From an uncultured Bacteroidales bacterium (GTDB lineage: Bacteria; Bacteroidota; Bacteroidia; Bacteroidales; JAIORY01): 64,000 bases of DNA. Positions 1 to 9,024 of the stretch are shown one piece after another; position 1 is the stretch's first letter, and each line of letters starts with the position of its first letter. Where the stretch lies: contig CAYOKJ010000002.1 of assembly GCA_964404485.1 (NCBI GenBank), positions 70-64,069 of the forward strand, given 5' to 3'. The translations under genes and the position numbers were made by a program. A model generated the notes under the pieces. That model ran no database searches, was not told the DNA's origin, and was given only the letters and a program-made list of their open reading frames with translations.

Positions 1-377
1 CACAGCAAAGCGGTTTTGGAACTCCTGCTTTTGAAAATTCTCAGTTTACCAAAGAAGAAGATATTGAAGATCCTGTGAGTGTTTCCCCTGAAATATTCTC
101 ACCAAATGCCGATGGAGTTGATGATGTTTTAAATATTAATTACGAATTTGAAAACCCCGGCTACACAGGAAATATTACAATTTATAACTCTGCCGGAAAG
201 CTGACAAAAACCCTTGTCAGAAACGAACTGCTTGGAACAAAAGGAAGTTTTTCCTGGGATGGCATCAATCAAAATAATGAAAAAGCCAATATCGGAATTT
301 ATATTATTTACTTTGAAATTTTCGACCTGAATGGCACGGTTAAGCGTTACAAAAAGACTTGTGTGGTGGGGAGGTAA
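1..377 (+). CDS. 3' part of a large secreted protein ending in a T9SS type-B (gliding-motility-associated, CHU_C-like) C-terminal sorting domain; 5' end lies outside the window
   Basis: The reading frame is open from nt 3 to the TAA at 375-377, so the track start at 75 is an internal GTG. The tail FSPNADGVDDVLNI...SWDG...GIYIIYFEIFDLNG...CVVGR fits the FSPNGDGxND...WDG...GxY pattern of type-B CTDs. Confidence 0.7.
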   Translation, partial: QQSGFGTPAFENSQFTKEEDIEDPVSVSPEIFSPNADGVDDVLNINYEFENPGYTGNITIYNSAGKLTKTLVRNELLGTKGSFSWDGINQNNEKANIGIYIIYFEIFDLNGTVKRYKKTCVVGR

Positions 378-383
378 TATAGC

Positions 384-410
384 AAACCCTCCCGTACGGG
401 AGGGTTTTTC
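384..410 (+). terminator. Rho-independent terminator hairpin after the T9SS-CTD gene
   Basis: aaaccctcccGTACgggagggttt is a perfect GC-rich stem with a 4-nt loop, followed by a T-run, 7 nt after the stop codon. Confidence 0.75.
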
Positions 411-545
411 TATCTAAATTTTACATTTTTCTCCAAGAATTTAAAATGTAAAAATCTAAATGTAGAATGTAGAATATTTTCTGGTTTTACGTAAAATATT
501 GTGTTACTAAGCTTGCCATAGATTCACAGATTATTATTTTAAAGC

Positions 546-571
546 AAATCCTCCCGTACGGGAGGATTTTT
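546..571. repeat. Second, orphan copy of the same terminator hairpin
   Basis: aaatcctcccGTACgggaggattt plus a T-run is near-identical to 384-410, but no CDS ends in front of it. Confidence 0.6.
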
Positions 572-860
572 CATTTCGTTTTCAATGACAATGTTCATCA
601 TTATAAAAAGTCTTGGGTAGTGAGGAAGTGATATATAAAAATTATGTAAATTTTTATAAGACAGAACTTTAAAATGACTAAATTTATTCTAAACACATTC
701 TAAATAGTAATTTTTTTACATTTCAATAGCTTCGTATTTTGTTGTTTATCTTTATTTTACATGTTTTTTTAACTGAATTCTAAAAAGGTTTAAATAAAAA
801 AAATAGCTAATTTTATTTAAAAACATTCTAAATAGCAATTTCCCAATATTACTTGAAGCA

Positions 861-998
861 ATAGGAGGTTTTTCTTGGGATGGAATTAATCAAAACAATG
901 AAAAAGCCAATATCGGAATTTATATTATTTACTTTGAAATTTTCGACCTGAATGGCAAGTTTCGGCGTTACAAAAAGATTTGTGTGGTGGGAAGGTAA
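861..998 (+). pseudogene. Start-less duplicated 3' fragment of the T9SS type-B CTD gene
   Basis: About 135 nt align by eye to 242-377 with only scattered mismatches. The fragment encodes GGFSWDGINQNNEKANIGIYIIYFEIFDLNGKFRRYKKICVVGR* versus KGSFSWDG...NGTVKRYKKTCVVGR*. An in-frame TAG lies at 804-806 and no ATG follows it. Confidence 0.7.
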
Positions 999-1186
999 TT
1001 TGGTAATTCCTTAAAATTGTTTTATCATGTTAGCTGTCTGCTCCATCAGGGTTGTATTTTATTATAAGTGATTTTAGATTTAGAATTTAAATTTAAAATC
1101 TGTGAATCTGTAGCTTTTTTAAAAGATTCAAATCTCTATCCTAAAAAATATTTCCAAAAAAACTTGACAACCCTATACTAATAAAC

Positions 1187-1194
1187 TATATTTG
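1187..1194 (+). promoter_or_regulatory. Bacteroidota-type -7 promoter box (TAnnTTTG) upstream of the TetR gene
   Basis: TATATTTG lies 75 nt upstream of the ATG at 1269. Confidence 0.4.
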
Positions 1195-1268
1195 TACGAT
1201 AATTGTTGTTTTTTATGTTTTTCGTACAGTTTGTAAAATATGTAAAAAATTATGAGGAGATTTATTAG

Positions 1269-1865
1269 ATGAAGGAAATTAAAAATAAAAAGGTTTTGCA
1301 GATTGTAAGCACAGGCAAATCATTGTTCTGGAAGTATGGAATAAACAGGGTTACAATTGAAGAAATCTGTAAAGATGCTAAAGTCAGTAAAATGACTTTT
1401 TACAAGTTTTTTAAGAATAAAACAGAGCTGGTTAAATATCTTCTTGAAAAGTTAACAAACGATACCTGGGACCAATACTATGCAATAATGGATAAGGAAA
1501 TATCTTATCCTGAAAAAGTGAAACAGACTATTGAATTAAAAATGAATAATGCCAGTAATTTGAGTAGTGAGATTTATAAAAATTTTTATAAAAATGCTGA
1601 CCCTGAACTAAGAAAGTTTTTCAATGAACTATCAGCCGAATCACTCAAGAAAATAAGAAAAGATTATATAAAAGCACAAAAAGAAGGAAATATCCGAAAA
1701 GATATAAATCCTGATTTTATTCTTTATACGCTAAATTTTATGTTAGATAAAATGGCAAAAGATGAAAATTTAATTTCTATGTACCCAACACCCGGAGATC
1801 TTATTTATGAGTTAATTAATTTTTTCTTTTACGGCATAATGCCACGAAATGATGAAAATAAATAA
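1269..1865 (+). CDS. TetR/AcrR family transcriptional regulator
   Basis: N-terminal HTH VTIEEICKDAKVSKMTFYKFFKNKTELV, about 200 aa, first gene of an export cluster. Confidence 0.85.
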   Translation: MKEIKNKKVLQIVSTGKSLFWKYGINRVTIEEICKDAKVSKMTFYKFFKNKTELVKYLLEKLTNDTWDQYYAIMDKEISYPEKVKQTIELKMNNASNLSSEIYKNFYKNADPELRKFFNELSAESLKKIRKDYIKAQKEGNIRKDINPDFILYTLNFMLDKMAKDENLISMYPTPGDLIYELINFFFYGIMPRNDENK

Positions 1866-3015
1866 AAAGTTTTATATTATTTTTTTAATGTTTTTGACAA
1901 TTGTTATTTCTGTCAAAGGACAATCGGGTTTTATGAAAAACATAAAATTTAAAGGACAATTATCTGCTTGGCTATCACCCGACCCGGCAAATTCTTTTCA
2001 AACATTTACAGGCATCAGATATATCCCCGAATTATCCGCAAAAAAAGAACTTTCAAAAAAAGTTTCAATTGATGCTGAGATATCTTTAAATACTTTTGGA
2101 AATGCATTTATTCATTCTTTTGATAATACAGATTTTGATGGAAACATTAAACCTTACAGAATGTGGGTTCGTCTTTCAACAAAACAATTCGAGCTTCGTG
2201 CAGGATTGCAAAAGATTAATTTTGGCTCAGCTACTTTACTGCGTCCATTAATGTGGTTCGACAAAATTGATCCTCGCGATCCTCTTCAATTAACCGATGG
2301 CGTTTATGCTCTTCTGGCAAGGTACTATTTCCAAAATAATACTAATGTTTGGTTGTGGGGTCTTTACGGAAATAGTGGCACAAAAGGTTGGGAAATGATT
2401 CCATCTTTTAATGACAAAGTTGAATATGGTGGAAGATTTCAAATTCCTGTTTTAACCGGTGAACTTGCATTATCTTACCATTACCGAAAGGCAGATCTTT
2501 CAAAAATAAAGCCGGATGAATTATTATCATCAACTGATGTTCTTAATGAAAACAGAATCGCACTTGATGGAAAATGGGATCTTGGAATTGGTTTGTGGTT
2601 TGAATTATCGCTCACACATCAGGATTTTGATATTTCTCATTTGTATTACCGAAAAGCAATAAATCTGGGTGCTGATTATACTTTTGCCCTGGGAAACGGA
2701 TTGAATGTGATGACAGAATTTTTTACTTACGGTGTGTCAGAAGAAGTGTTTTCAAGCTCTGAGAATATATTCTTTTCAACACTATCATTAAATTATCCTC
2801 TCGGAATTGTTGATAATATTTCGACTATGGTTTATTACGATTGGACAAATAAAGATTGGTACAGATTTATTAACTGGCAACGAACTTATGATAACTGGAG
2901 TTTTTACCTGATGGGGTTTTGGAATCCGGATAAATTTCAAATTTATAATAATCAACAAGATTATAGTTTTTTCACAGGAACAGGAATTCAGTTTATGGTA
3001 GTTTTTAATCATTAA
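1849..3015 (+). CDS. Secreted, possibly outer-membrane beta-barrel, protein of the TetR-ABC-LolA-like cluster
   Basis: N-terminal signal peptide (FYIIFLMFLTIVISVKGQ), an aromatic/Gly-rich alternating pattern, and a 17-nt overlap with the TetR stop. The function is inferred from context only. Confidence 0.55.
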   Translation: MMKINKKFYIIFLMFLTIVISVKGQSGFMKNIKFKGQLSAWLSPDPANSFQTFTGIRYIPELSAKKELSKKVSIDAEISLNTFGNAFIHSFDNTDFDGNIKPYRMWVRLSTKQFELRAGLQKINFGSATLLRPLMWFDKIDPRDPLQLTDGVYALLARYYFQNNTNVWLWGLYGNSGTKGWEMIPSFNDKVEYGGRFQIPVLTGELALSYHYRKADLSKIKPDELLSSTDVLNENRIALDGKWDLGIGLWFELSLTHQDFDISHLYYRKAINLGADYTFALGNGLNVMTEFFTYGVSEEVFSSSENIFFSTLSLNYPLGIVDNISTMVYYDWTNKDWYRFINWQRTYDNWSFYLMGFWNPDKFQIYNNQQDYSFFTGTGIQFMVVFNH

Positions 3016-3055
3016 AAAGAAGTACTTAAAGTGACTATGGTTATATCTTAAATCA

Positions 3056-3300
3056 GTGTTCGGAGTTCGATATTCCAAAAGAAAAAGAATAATGAATATT
3101 GATTAACGAATGATGATTTTAGAAGGGAAAAATAAATAACGAATTAAGATTAATGAATACTGATTTTAGAAAAGGATTTGAAATCAAAAATCGTTACCCC
3201 GAAAGCTTTCGGGGGTGTTCGGGGTTCGGAATTCAAAAGAAAAAAATACTGAATAACGATTAACGAATGATGATTTTAGATGGAAAAAATGAATAATGAT
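3056..3300 (+). repeat. Two tandem copies of an ~85-nt intergenic repeat family, separated by a CCCCGAAAGCTTTCGGGG hairpin
   Basis: The copies start at 3056 and 3215 and share the core GTGTTCGGrGTTCG..ATTC..AAAAGAAAAA..GATTAACGAATGATGATTTTAGA. The hairpin is at 3197-3214. Confidence 0.75.
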
Positions 3301-3316
3301 TTAAATCAAAATAAAA

Positions 3317-4015
3317 ATGGAAAACTCAGAAATTATTTCTATTAAAGGCTTGGTCAAACGCTTTCCTATTGGTAAAGGATACTTTACAGCTTTAAATGGT
3401 ATTGACCTCTCTTTTGATAAAGGTCAGTTTGCGGGTGTTGTAGGACCAAGTGGTTCAGGGAAAACAACACTTTTAAATATTATTGGCTCTTTAGACTCGC
3501 CATCAGAAGGTGTAGCCAATGTTCTCGGACAGGATGTTAACAAACTTTCAACAAAAAAGGCTGCGATATTACGAAGAAAACACATGGGTTTTATTTTTCA
3601 AACTTATAATTTGCTCCCCGTATATACAGTTTTTGAGAATATTGAATTTCCTTTGCTTTTACTAAAAATGAGTAATTCGGAACGCAAAAAAGCTGTGATG
3701 GATGCTCTGGATTGGGTTGGAATATCAGACAAAGTTAAATCAAGACCCGCTCAACTTTCGGGTGGAGAATGCCAGAGAGTGGCTATCGCCAGAGCCATGG
3801 TTAAAAAACCCGCGCTTGTTTTAGCTGATGAACCAACTGCAAATCTTGATTCAGAAAATTCCTATAATATTTTGCAGACAATGGTTAATCTCAATAAAGA
3901 ATTGCAGACAACTTTCATCTTTGCCACTCACGACGATAAAGTAATTAAATATTTGAAGAGAAAAATTCTTCTCGAAGATGGTAAAGTTAAATCAGACAAT
4001 ATTATAACTAATTAA
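3317..4015 (+). CDS. ABC transporter ATP-binding protein (LolD/MacB-type)
   Basis: Walker A GPSGSGKTT, signature LSGGECQRVAIARA, Walker B LVLADEPT. Confidence 0.9.
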   Translation: MENSEIISIKGLVKRFPIGKGYFTALNGIDLSFDKGQFAGVVGPSGSGKTTLLNIIGSLDSPSEGVANVLGQDVNKLSTKKAAILRRKHMGFIFQTYNLLPVYTVFENIEFPLLLLKMSNSERKKAVMDALDWVGISDKVKSRPAQLSGGECQRVAIARAMVKKPALVLADEPTANLDSENSYNILQTMVNLNKELQTTFIFATHDDKVIKYLKRKILLEDGKVKSDNIITN

Positions 4016-4024
4016 GGAGGGCAC

Positions 4025-5200
4025 ATGATGTTATCATTAAAATTAGCATATAGAAATTTGGTTGGTGCAGGTCTGCGAACCTGGCTCAACGTATTTGTAT
4101 TGTCTTTTACTTACATTCTTATAATCTGGCATTATGGTATTATTGATGGTTGGAATCTGCAGGCAAAACAAGACATGAAAGACTGGGAGACTGGAAATGG
4201 ACAGTACTGGCAACAAAATTATGATCCTTATGATTTCTTTTCTTTTGAAGAAAGTCATGCCCAAATTCCTCAATCTTTTAATAAGGCAATTTGTGATGGC
4301 ACTATAACCCCTGTTTTAATTTTTCAAGCAACTATTTATCCTGAGGGAAGAATTCAAAATATCCTTTTAAAAGGTATTGATCCAAATCAAAAAATTATTA
4401 GTTTACCAACAGATGAAATGAATGTTGTTTCTGAGGAGATACCTGTAATGATAGGACGCAGAATGGCAAAAAACTGTAAACTAAAAGAAGGTGATATTAC
4501 AACAATGAGATGGAGAGACGTAAATGGAACTTTTGATGCCAAAGAAGTGAAAATTGTAAAAGTGTTTAATTGCAATGTTCCAAATGTGGATGCAGGACAA
4601 ATGTGGATTCCAATTAAAATTCTTCAGGAAATGATGCAAGCAAAAGATGAAGCAAGTATGTTCATCGTTGGAGAAAACCATGAAATTAATTATTCCGTTT
4701 TGGGCTGGGAATTTAAAAGTTACGACTACTTAATGACTGAAGTGGATGAAATGATCAAAATGAAAAAAATTGGTGGGTCGGTGTTTTATTTTATTCTTAT
4801 TCTTTTAGCAATGTTAGCAATATTCGATACACAGGTGCTTTCTATATTTAGAAGGCAAAAAGAAATCGGGACATATATTGCCATGGGTATGACTCGCCGA
4901 CAAGTAGTTGGGCTTTTTACTGTTGAAGGAGCCATGCATGCAATACTTGCAATTATTGTCGGTGCAATTTATGGAATTCCATTTTTATTATGGCAAATGA
5001 AAATTGGATTTACTATGCCTGCCGGTACTGATGATATGGGAATTGCAATAGCAGAAAAAATCTTCCCTGTTTATGGAGGAGGTTTAATTCTATTTACGGT
5101 GCTTTTGGTAATAATTATAACAACTATTGTTAGTTATATGCCGGCACGCAAGATTTCGAAAATGAAACCAACTGATGCAATAAAAGGAAAAATACAATGA
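4025..5200 (+). CDS. ABC transporter permease, FtsX/MacB-like
   Basis: One N-terminal TM helix, a large periplasmic domain and a C-terminal FtsX-type TM bundle. It lies directly after the ATPase gene. Confidence 0.8.
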   Translation: MMLSLKLAYRNLVGAGLRTWLNVFVLSFTYILIIWHYGIIDGWNLQAKQDMKDWETGNGQYWQQNYDPYDFFSFEESHAQIPQSFNKAICDGTITPVLIFQATIYPEGRIQNILLKGIDPNQKIISLPTDEMNVVSEEIPVMIGRRMAKNCKLKEGDITTMRWRDVNGTFDAKEVKIVKVFNCNVPNVDAGQMWIPIKILQEMMQAKDEASMFIVGENHEINYSVLGWEFKSYDYLMTEVDEMIKMKKIGGSVFYFILILLAMLAIFDTQVLSIFRRQKEIGTYIAMGMTRRQVVGLFTVEGAMHAILAIIVGAIYGIPFLLWQMKIGFTMPAGTDDMGIAIAEKIFPVYGGGLILFTVLLVIIITTIVSYMPARKISKMKPTDAIKGKIQ

Positions 5201-6471
5201 TACGATTTTTATTTAAAGGATTATTAAGAGATCGAAACCGCAGCTTGTTGCCTGTTTTGGTCGTAACAGCAGGTGTAGCACTCACCGTTTTCGCCTATTG
5301 TTATATAAATGGTATTTTGGGAGATAGTCTTGAATTTTCTGCAAAATATACTTCTGGGCATGTAAAAATTATGACCAATGCTTATGCTGAAATCAAAAAC
5401 CAAAAACCTAACGATCTTGCTCTTATTGAAATTAACGAACTATCTCAAAAGCTAAAAGTAGAATTTCCAGACATGGAATTTGTTCCTCGTATTAGTTTTG
5501 GGGGATTATTAGATTCTCCTGATGAAAACGGAGAAACCAAAAAACAGGGAATTGTAGCAGGAATGGCGGCTGACATACTCTCAAAAGACTCAAAAGAAAC
5601 TGACAGGCTGAACATAAGAAAATCCCTTAAAAAGGGACGGCTTCCCAAAAAATCAAATGAAGTATTGTTAAGCGATGAGTTTGCAAGCAGTCTCGAAGTT
5701 GAACCCGGAAATCAGGTTACTCTTATTAGCTCGTCGATGTATGGAGGAATGTCTATTCAAAATTTTATTGTTGTAGGGACAATAGAATTTGGCGTTCAGT
5801 TTATGGACAGAAGTGGAATGATTGCAGATATAACAGGAATTCAAAATGCTTTGGATATGAATGACGCCTGTGGTGAAATTTTAGGGTTTTTAGGTTCTAC
5901 AAATTATGATGATGAGCTTGCACTAAATGTTGAAACCACTTTTAATGAGAAATATTCGGATGTTAATGATGAATTTTCTCCTGTGATGAATCGCTTAAAA
6001 AACGATTCGATAATGGCTGGTTATTTTGATTTTATCGATTCGTTTGTTGGAATAATTATTTTCATATTTATTATGGCAATGTCTATTGTTTTGTGGAACA
6101 CCGGTCTGATTGGTGGTTTGCGTCGTTATGGTGAAATTGGTGTTCGACTTGCTATTGGCGAACAAAAAGGTCATATTTACAGATCGATGATTTTCGAAGC
6201 AATTTATATCGGACTTATTGGTTCTATTTTGGGTACAATTGTAGGACTTGTTTTTTCTTATTGGCTTCAGGAGGTTGGAATTGATGTTAGTAATTTTATG
6301 AAAAATTCGAAAATGATGATGCCAAGTGTTTTTAGAGCAAATCTAACAACTCCTGCATATTATATTGGTTTTATCCCTGGTCTGTTTTCAATTGTTTTGG
6401 GAACCATGTTATCTGGAATTGGGATTTATAAACGTAAGACAGCTCAGTTGTTTAAAGAGCTTGAAGCGTAA
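5197..6471 (+). CDS. ABC transporter permease, FtsX/MacB-like (second subunit)
   Basis: Same topology as the preceding permease, with an ATGA start/stop overlap to it. Confidence 0.8.
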   Translation: MIRFLFKGLLRDRNRSLLPVLVVTAGVALTVFAYCYINGILGDSLEFSAKYTSGHVKIMTNAYAEIKNQKPNDLALIEINELSQKLKVEFPDMEFVPRISFGGLLDSPDENGETKKQGIVAGMAADILSKDSKETDRLNIRKSLKKGRLPKKSNEVLLSDEFASSLEVEPGNQVTLISSSMYGGMSIQNFIVVGTIEFGVQFMDRSGMIADITGIQNALDMNDACGEILGFLGSTNYDDELALNVETTFNEKYSDVNDEFSPVMNRLKNDSIMAGYFDFIDSFVGIIIFIFIMAMSIVLWNTGLIGGLRRYGEIGVRLAIGEQKGHIYRSMIFEAIYIGLIGSILGTIVGLVFSYWLQEVGIDVSNFMKNSKMMMPSVFRANLTTPAYYIGFIPGLFSIVLGTMLSGIGIYKRKTAQLFKELEA

Positions 6472-6632
6472 AATTATTTTAGATTTTAGATTTTAGATTT
6501 GAAAAATAAATTCTGCAAAGCACATTCTCCTCCTATTTTTAGGAGGGGTTTGGGGAGGTAAAAATTAAATGAAACTATTCCTTTATAAATTGGGGGAGTT
6601 GGTAGAAAAAAATAAATTTTAAATCATTGCCT

Positions 6633-6750
6633 CGAAAGCTTTCGTGTGTATTCGGAGTTCAATATTCTGTAAAAACAGAAAAACGGAATGTTGAATGTCG
6701 ATTAACGAATAATGATTTGAGATGGAAAAAAATAAATCCCGAAGGGATTG
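6633..6750 (+). repeat. Third copy of the ~85-nt intergenic repeat, preceded by a CGAAAGCTTTCG hairpin
   Basis: GTGTATTCGGAGTTCAATATTC...GATTAACGAATAATGATTTGAGATGG aligns to the copies at 3056 and 3215. The aaatcccGAAgggatt hairpin is at 6734-6749. Confidence 0.65.
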
Positions 6751-6842
6751 AACTATGATTAACCCTGTACGAATTGCAGGGATAAAAATAAGAAAACACA
6801 AAAAACCCTGAAAAGGTTTAACAATTATAAAAAATTATACAA

Positions 6843-7577
6843 ATGAAAAAAATATTAATATTATTATTGTTGATTCCAAATTTTATTTTTGCTCAGTCTC
6901 CGACAGGAAAAGAACTTTTGGAAAAAATAGACCAAAACATGGCTGCGAAAAGTACCATCACTACTTCAAAAATGATAATTCATGGTAGGAGACAAACACG
7001 AATAATTGAAGCTAAAACCTGGGGAATTAGTGATAAAAAATCATATACCGAATATCTGGCACCGGCACGAGAGCAAGGAACAAAAATGTTAAAACTTGAA
7101 AATGAGCTTTGGATTTATTCTCCTTCTTCCGACAGGATAATTAAAATTTCCGGGCATATGTTACGGCAGTCTTTAATGGGTAGCGACCTCTCATACGAAG
7201 ATATGATGGAAAATGCAAAGTTGCTTGAACAATACGATGCAGGAGTTACCGGATCGGAAATTATTCGAGAGAATGATTGTTGGATTGTTGAACTTCAGGC
7301 AAAAACGGCAGAAGTTAATTATCAGGTTCGTAGAATTTGGGTTGATAAAATTAGGAACGTTCCCTTGAAAGAAGAACTATATGCTAAAAGCGGAAAACTC
7401 TTAAAAAAGATTGAATTATTTGATGTTACAAAAATTGGTTCTCGTTGGTATCCACATAAAATTGTTTTTAAAGACATGCTGAGAAAGGGCGATGGAACAG
7501 AGTTTATTGTTGGTGAAATTGAATTTGATAAAAAAATTCCTGAGTATGTTTTTTCAAAGGCTTCTTTAAGAAAGTAA
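6843..7577 (+). CDS. Outer-membrane lipoprotein-sorting (LolA-like) protein
   Basis: Signal peptide plus ...LWIYSPSSDRIIKISGHMLRQSLMGSDLSYEDM..., which is typical of the LolA_like family found next to FtsX/ABC exporters. Confidence 0.7.
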   Translation: MKKILILLLLIPNFIFAQSPTGKELLEKIDQNMAAKSTITTSKMIIHGRRQTRIIEAKTWGISDKKSYTEYLAPAREQGTKMLKLENELWIYSPSSDRIIKISGHMLRQSLMGSDLSYEDMMENAKLLEQYDAGVTGSEIIRENDCWIVELQAKTAEVNYQVRRIWVDKIRNVPLKEELYAKSGKLLKKIELFDVTKIGSRWYPHKIVFKDMLRKGDGTEFIVGEIEFDKKIPEYVFSKASLRK

Positions 7578-7589
7578 TCTTTTGTTTTG

Positions 7590-7700
7590 AATGGGAGCGC
7601 GGATTACACGGACGAACACGGATAATCGCGGAAATTATATTAAAAAACGATCCATGAAAATCTGTGTTAATCCGCGTACTCTGCGTTTCCGTTTCCATTA
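7590..7700. repeat. REP-like element with imperfect inverted arms
   Basis: GCGCGGATTACACGG (7597-7611) pairs with CTGTGTTAATCCGCG (7662-7676). It sits between convergent genes and is relatively GC-rich. Confidence 0.55.
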
Positions 7701-7795
7701 TATTAGCCTAATAACCTGAGTTCGACTACAAACTAATTGATTTTGTGTAACTTATGTCAATATGTGCTTTTTCTTTGTGATGCTTCGTGTCTTTG

Positions 7796-7875
7796 TTCCG
7801 AAAGCTTTCGGAATTGTGGCAAAAAAAGTAGCCACTAAGTCCCAATCCCGAAAGTTTTCGGGACTAAGAATCACT
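7796..7875. repeat. Cluster of short palindromic hairpins of the CGAAAGCTTTCG family
   Basis: TTCCGAAAGCTTTCGGAA (7796-7813), GTGGCaaaaaaagtaGCCAC, and CCCGAAAGTTTTCGGG (7847-7862). Confidence 0.6.
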
Positions 7876-7949
7876 AAGAATAATCATTGTATTTCCTTGA
7901 TTTACAGCATAAGAAAAAATATTAATAATCTAATCCAGGTTAATAAAAC

Positions 7950-8639
7950 CTAATTCACCGACACACCAATAGAAACCACACTGATTTTAATATCTGGGAT
8001 TTTGTGCAACGCCTGGGCGCAAGCTTCTATTGTTGCTCCTGTGGTTATTACATCATCAACCAACAAAACATGTTTGCATTTTAACAGCTCTTTACTATTT
8101 ACGTCGAAAATTTCATTTACATTTTCCCATCTTTTGAAGCGTGATTTTCTAGTCTGTGTTTCCGAAGCTTTTGTTCTAAAAAGAAGATCTGTTTTTATTT
8201 CAACTTTCATACCGGCAGATAATCCTATTCCAAAATACTCACTTTGGTTAAAACCTCTTTTTTTTTGCTTTTTGGGATGCAAAGGCACGGGAATTATCAA
8301 ATCAATTTCATCATATAATTTGGATTTTCTTAATTCATAAGCATAAAGTTTTCCTATTTTTACTCCTATTTGTTTTTTGCCTTTATATTTCAGCTGATGA
8401 ATTAATCGCTGCACTTTACTTCCTTTTGTGAAAAACAGAAAAGATGCAGCATTTTCAATTTTCACTCTTCCCCAGAAAATTTTGCTCACCTTATTTTCTT
8501 TCAGTAAATGAAAATTTGTTTTCGGCAAATGATACTGGCAAGGAGTACAAATTATATCTTCGTTTTGAAACAAAGAATTCCCACAGATTGCACAGGTACT
8601 TGGATAAATCAATGAGACAAAGTCTTGAAAAAAGGACAT
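7950..8639 (-). CDS. comF: ComF family protein (phosphoribosyltransferase-type)
   Basis: N-terminal Cys-rich finger (CAICGN...CTPC) and the C-terminal PRPP-binding motif VLLVDDVITTGATIEA. Confidence 0.8.
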   Translation of the reverse strand: MSFFQDFVSLIYPSTCAICGNSLFQNEDIICTPCQYHLPKTNFHLLKENKVSKIFWGRVKIENAASFLFFTKGSKVQRLIHQLKYKGKKQIGVKIGKLYAYELRKSKLYDEIDLIIPVPLHPKKQKKRGFNQSEYFGIGLSAGMKVEIKTDLLFRTKASETQTRKSRFKRWENVNEIFDVNSKELLKCKHVLLVDDVITTGATIEACAQALHKIPDIKISVVSIGVSVN

Positions 8640-8664
8640 ATTTGATTTTTTTTGAATTAAGAAA

Positions 8665-8850
8665 CTCGAACACTAATTAACGATTTTTGATTTTCATCTT
8701 TTTTAAATCATTATTCATCATTCGTTAATCGTTATTCGTTATTCATTATTTTTTTGAATTCCGAACCTTGAACTCTGATTAACGATTTTTGATTTAAAAT
8801 CCTTTCTTAAATCACCTTTCATCATTCGTTAATCGTTATTCGATATTAAT
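8665..8850 (-). repeat. Two further copies, in inverted orientation, of the ~85-nt intergenic repeat family
   Basis: The reverse complement of 8690-8775 reads GTTCGGAATTCAAAAAAATAATGAATAACGAATAACGATTAACGAATGATGA. The stretch 8776-8850 matches the AAAGGATTTGAAATCAAAAATCGTTA extension seen at 3170-3195. Confidence 0.7.
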
Positions 8851-9024
8851 TATCAACTTGAAAATATCTTTAATTTTTGTATATAGTTACTACTTAATAC
8901 CATTTTCACTTTTTTGTTCTAAAACTTCTTTCCTTTTCGGGATATTATATACTTTTGGTAGAATTTAAAATCACATTTTAACAATGTCAAACACTATTTC
9001 TGTCATAAAAAAGATTCAATATTT

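Noticed and set aside
2788-3078. Antisense or out-of-frame track ORFs nested in strong genes. Examples: 2788-3078(-), 4043-4273(-), 4387-4681(-), 9033-9320(-), 22980-23312(+), 23917-24510(+), 39405-39876(+), 40938-41240(-), 45533-46006(+), 51871-52488(-), 56115-56357(-), 61445-61696(+).
   Set aside because: Each lies entirely inside a longer ORF on the other strand or frame that has clear family motifs. Their translations are low-complexity, with no recognisable motifs and no promoter box. This is the usual pattern of shadow ORFs in A/T-rich DNA.
3056-3300. Possibility that the tandem or inverted ~85-nt repeats (3056-3300 and 8665-8850) form a CRISPR array.
   Set aside because: There are only two adjacent units per site. 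The units are imperfect and much longer than CRISPR repeats, there are no regularly sized unique spacers, and there are no cas genes in the window.
7504-7953. Track ORFs 7504-7698(-) and 7762-7953(+) in the LolA-like/comF spacer.
   Set aside because: They are read straight through REP-like hairpins (GCGGATTA..., CCGAAAGCTTTCGG, CCCGAAAGTTTTCGGG). The peptide strings such as PKAFG and SRKFSG are just translations of the palindromes.
8444-8680. Track ORFs 8444-8680(+) and 8491-8673(-) at the 5' end of comF.
   Set aside because: They overlap the well-supported comF N-terminus (Cys-finger region) and extend into the repeat region. No independent support exists.
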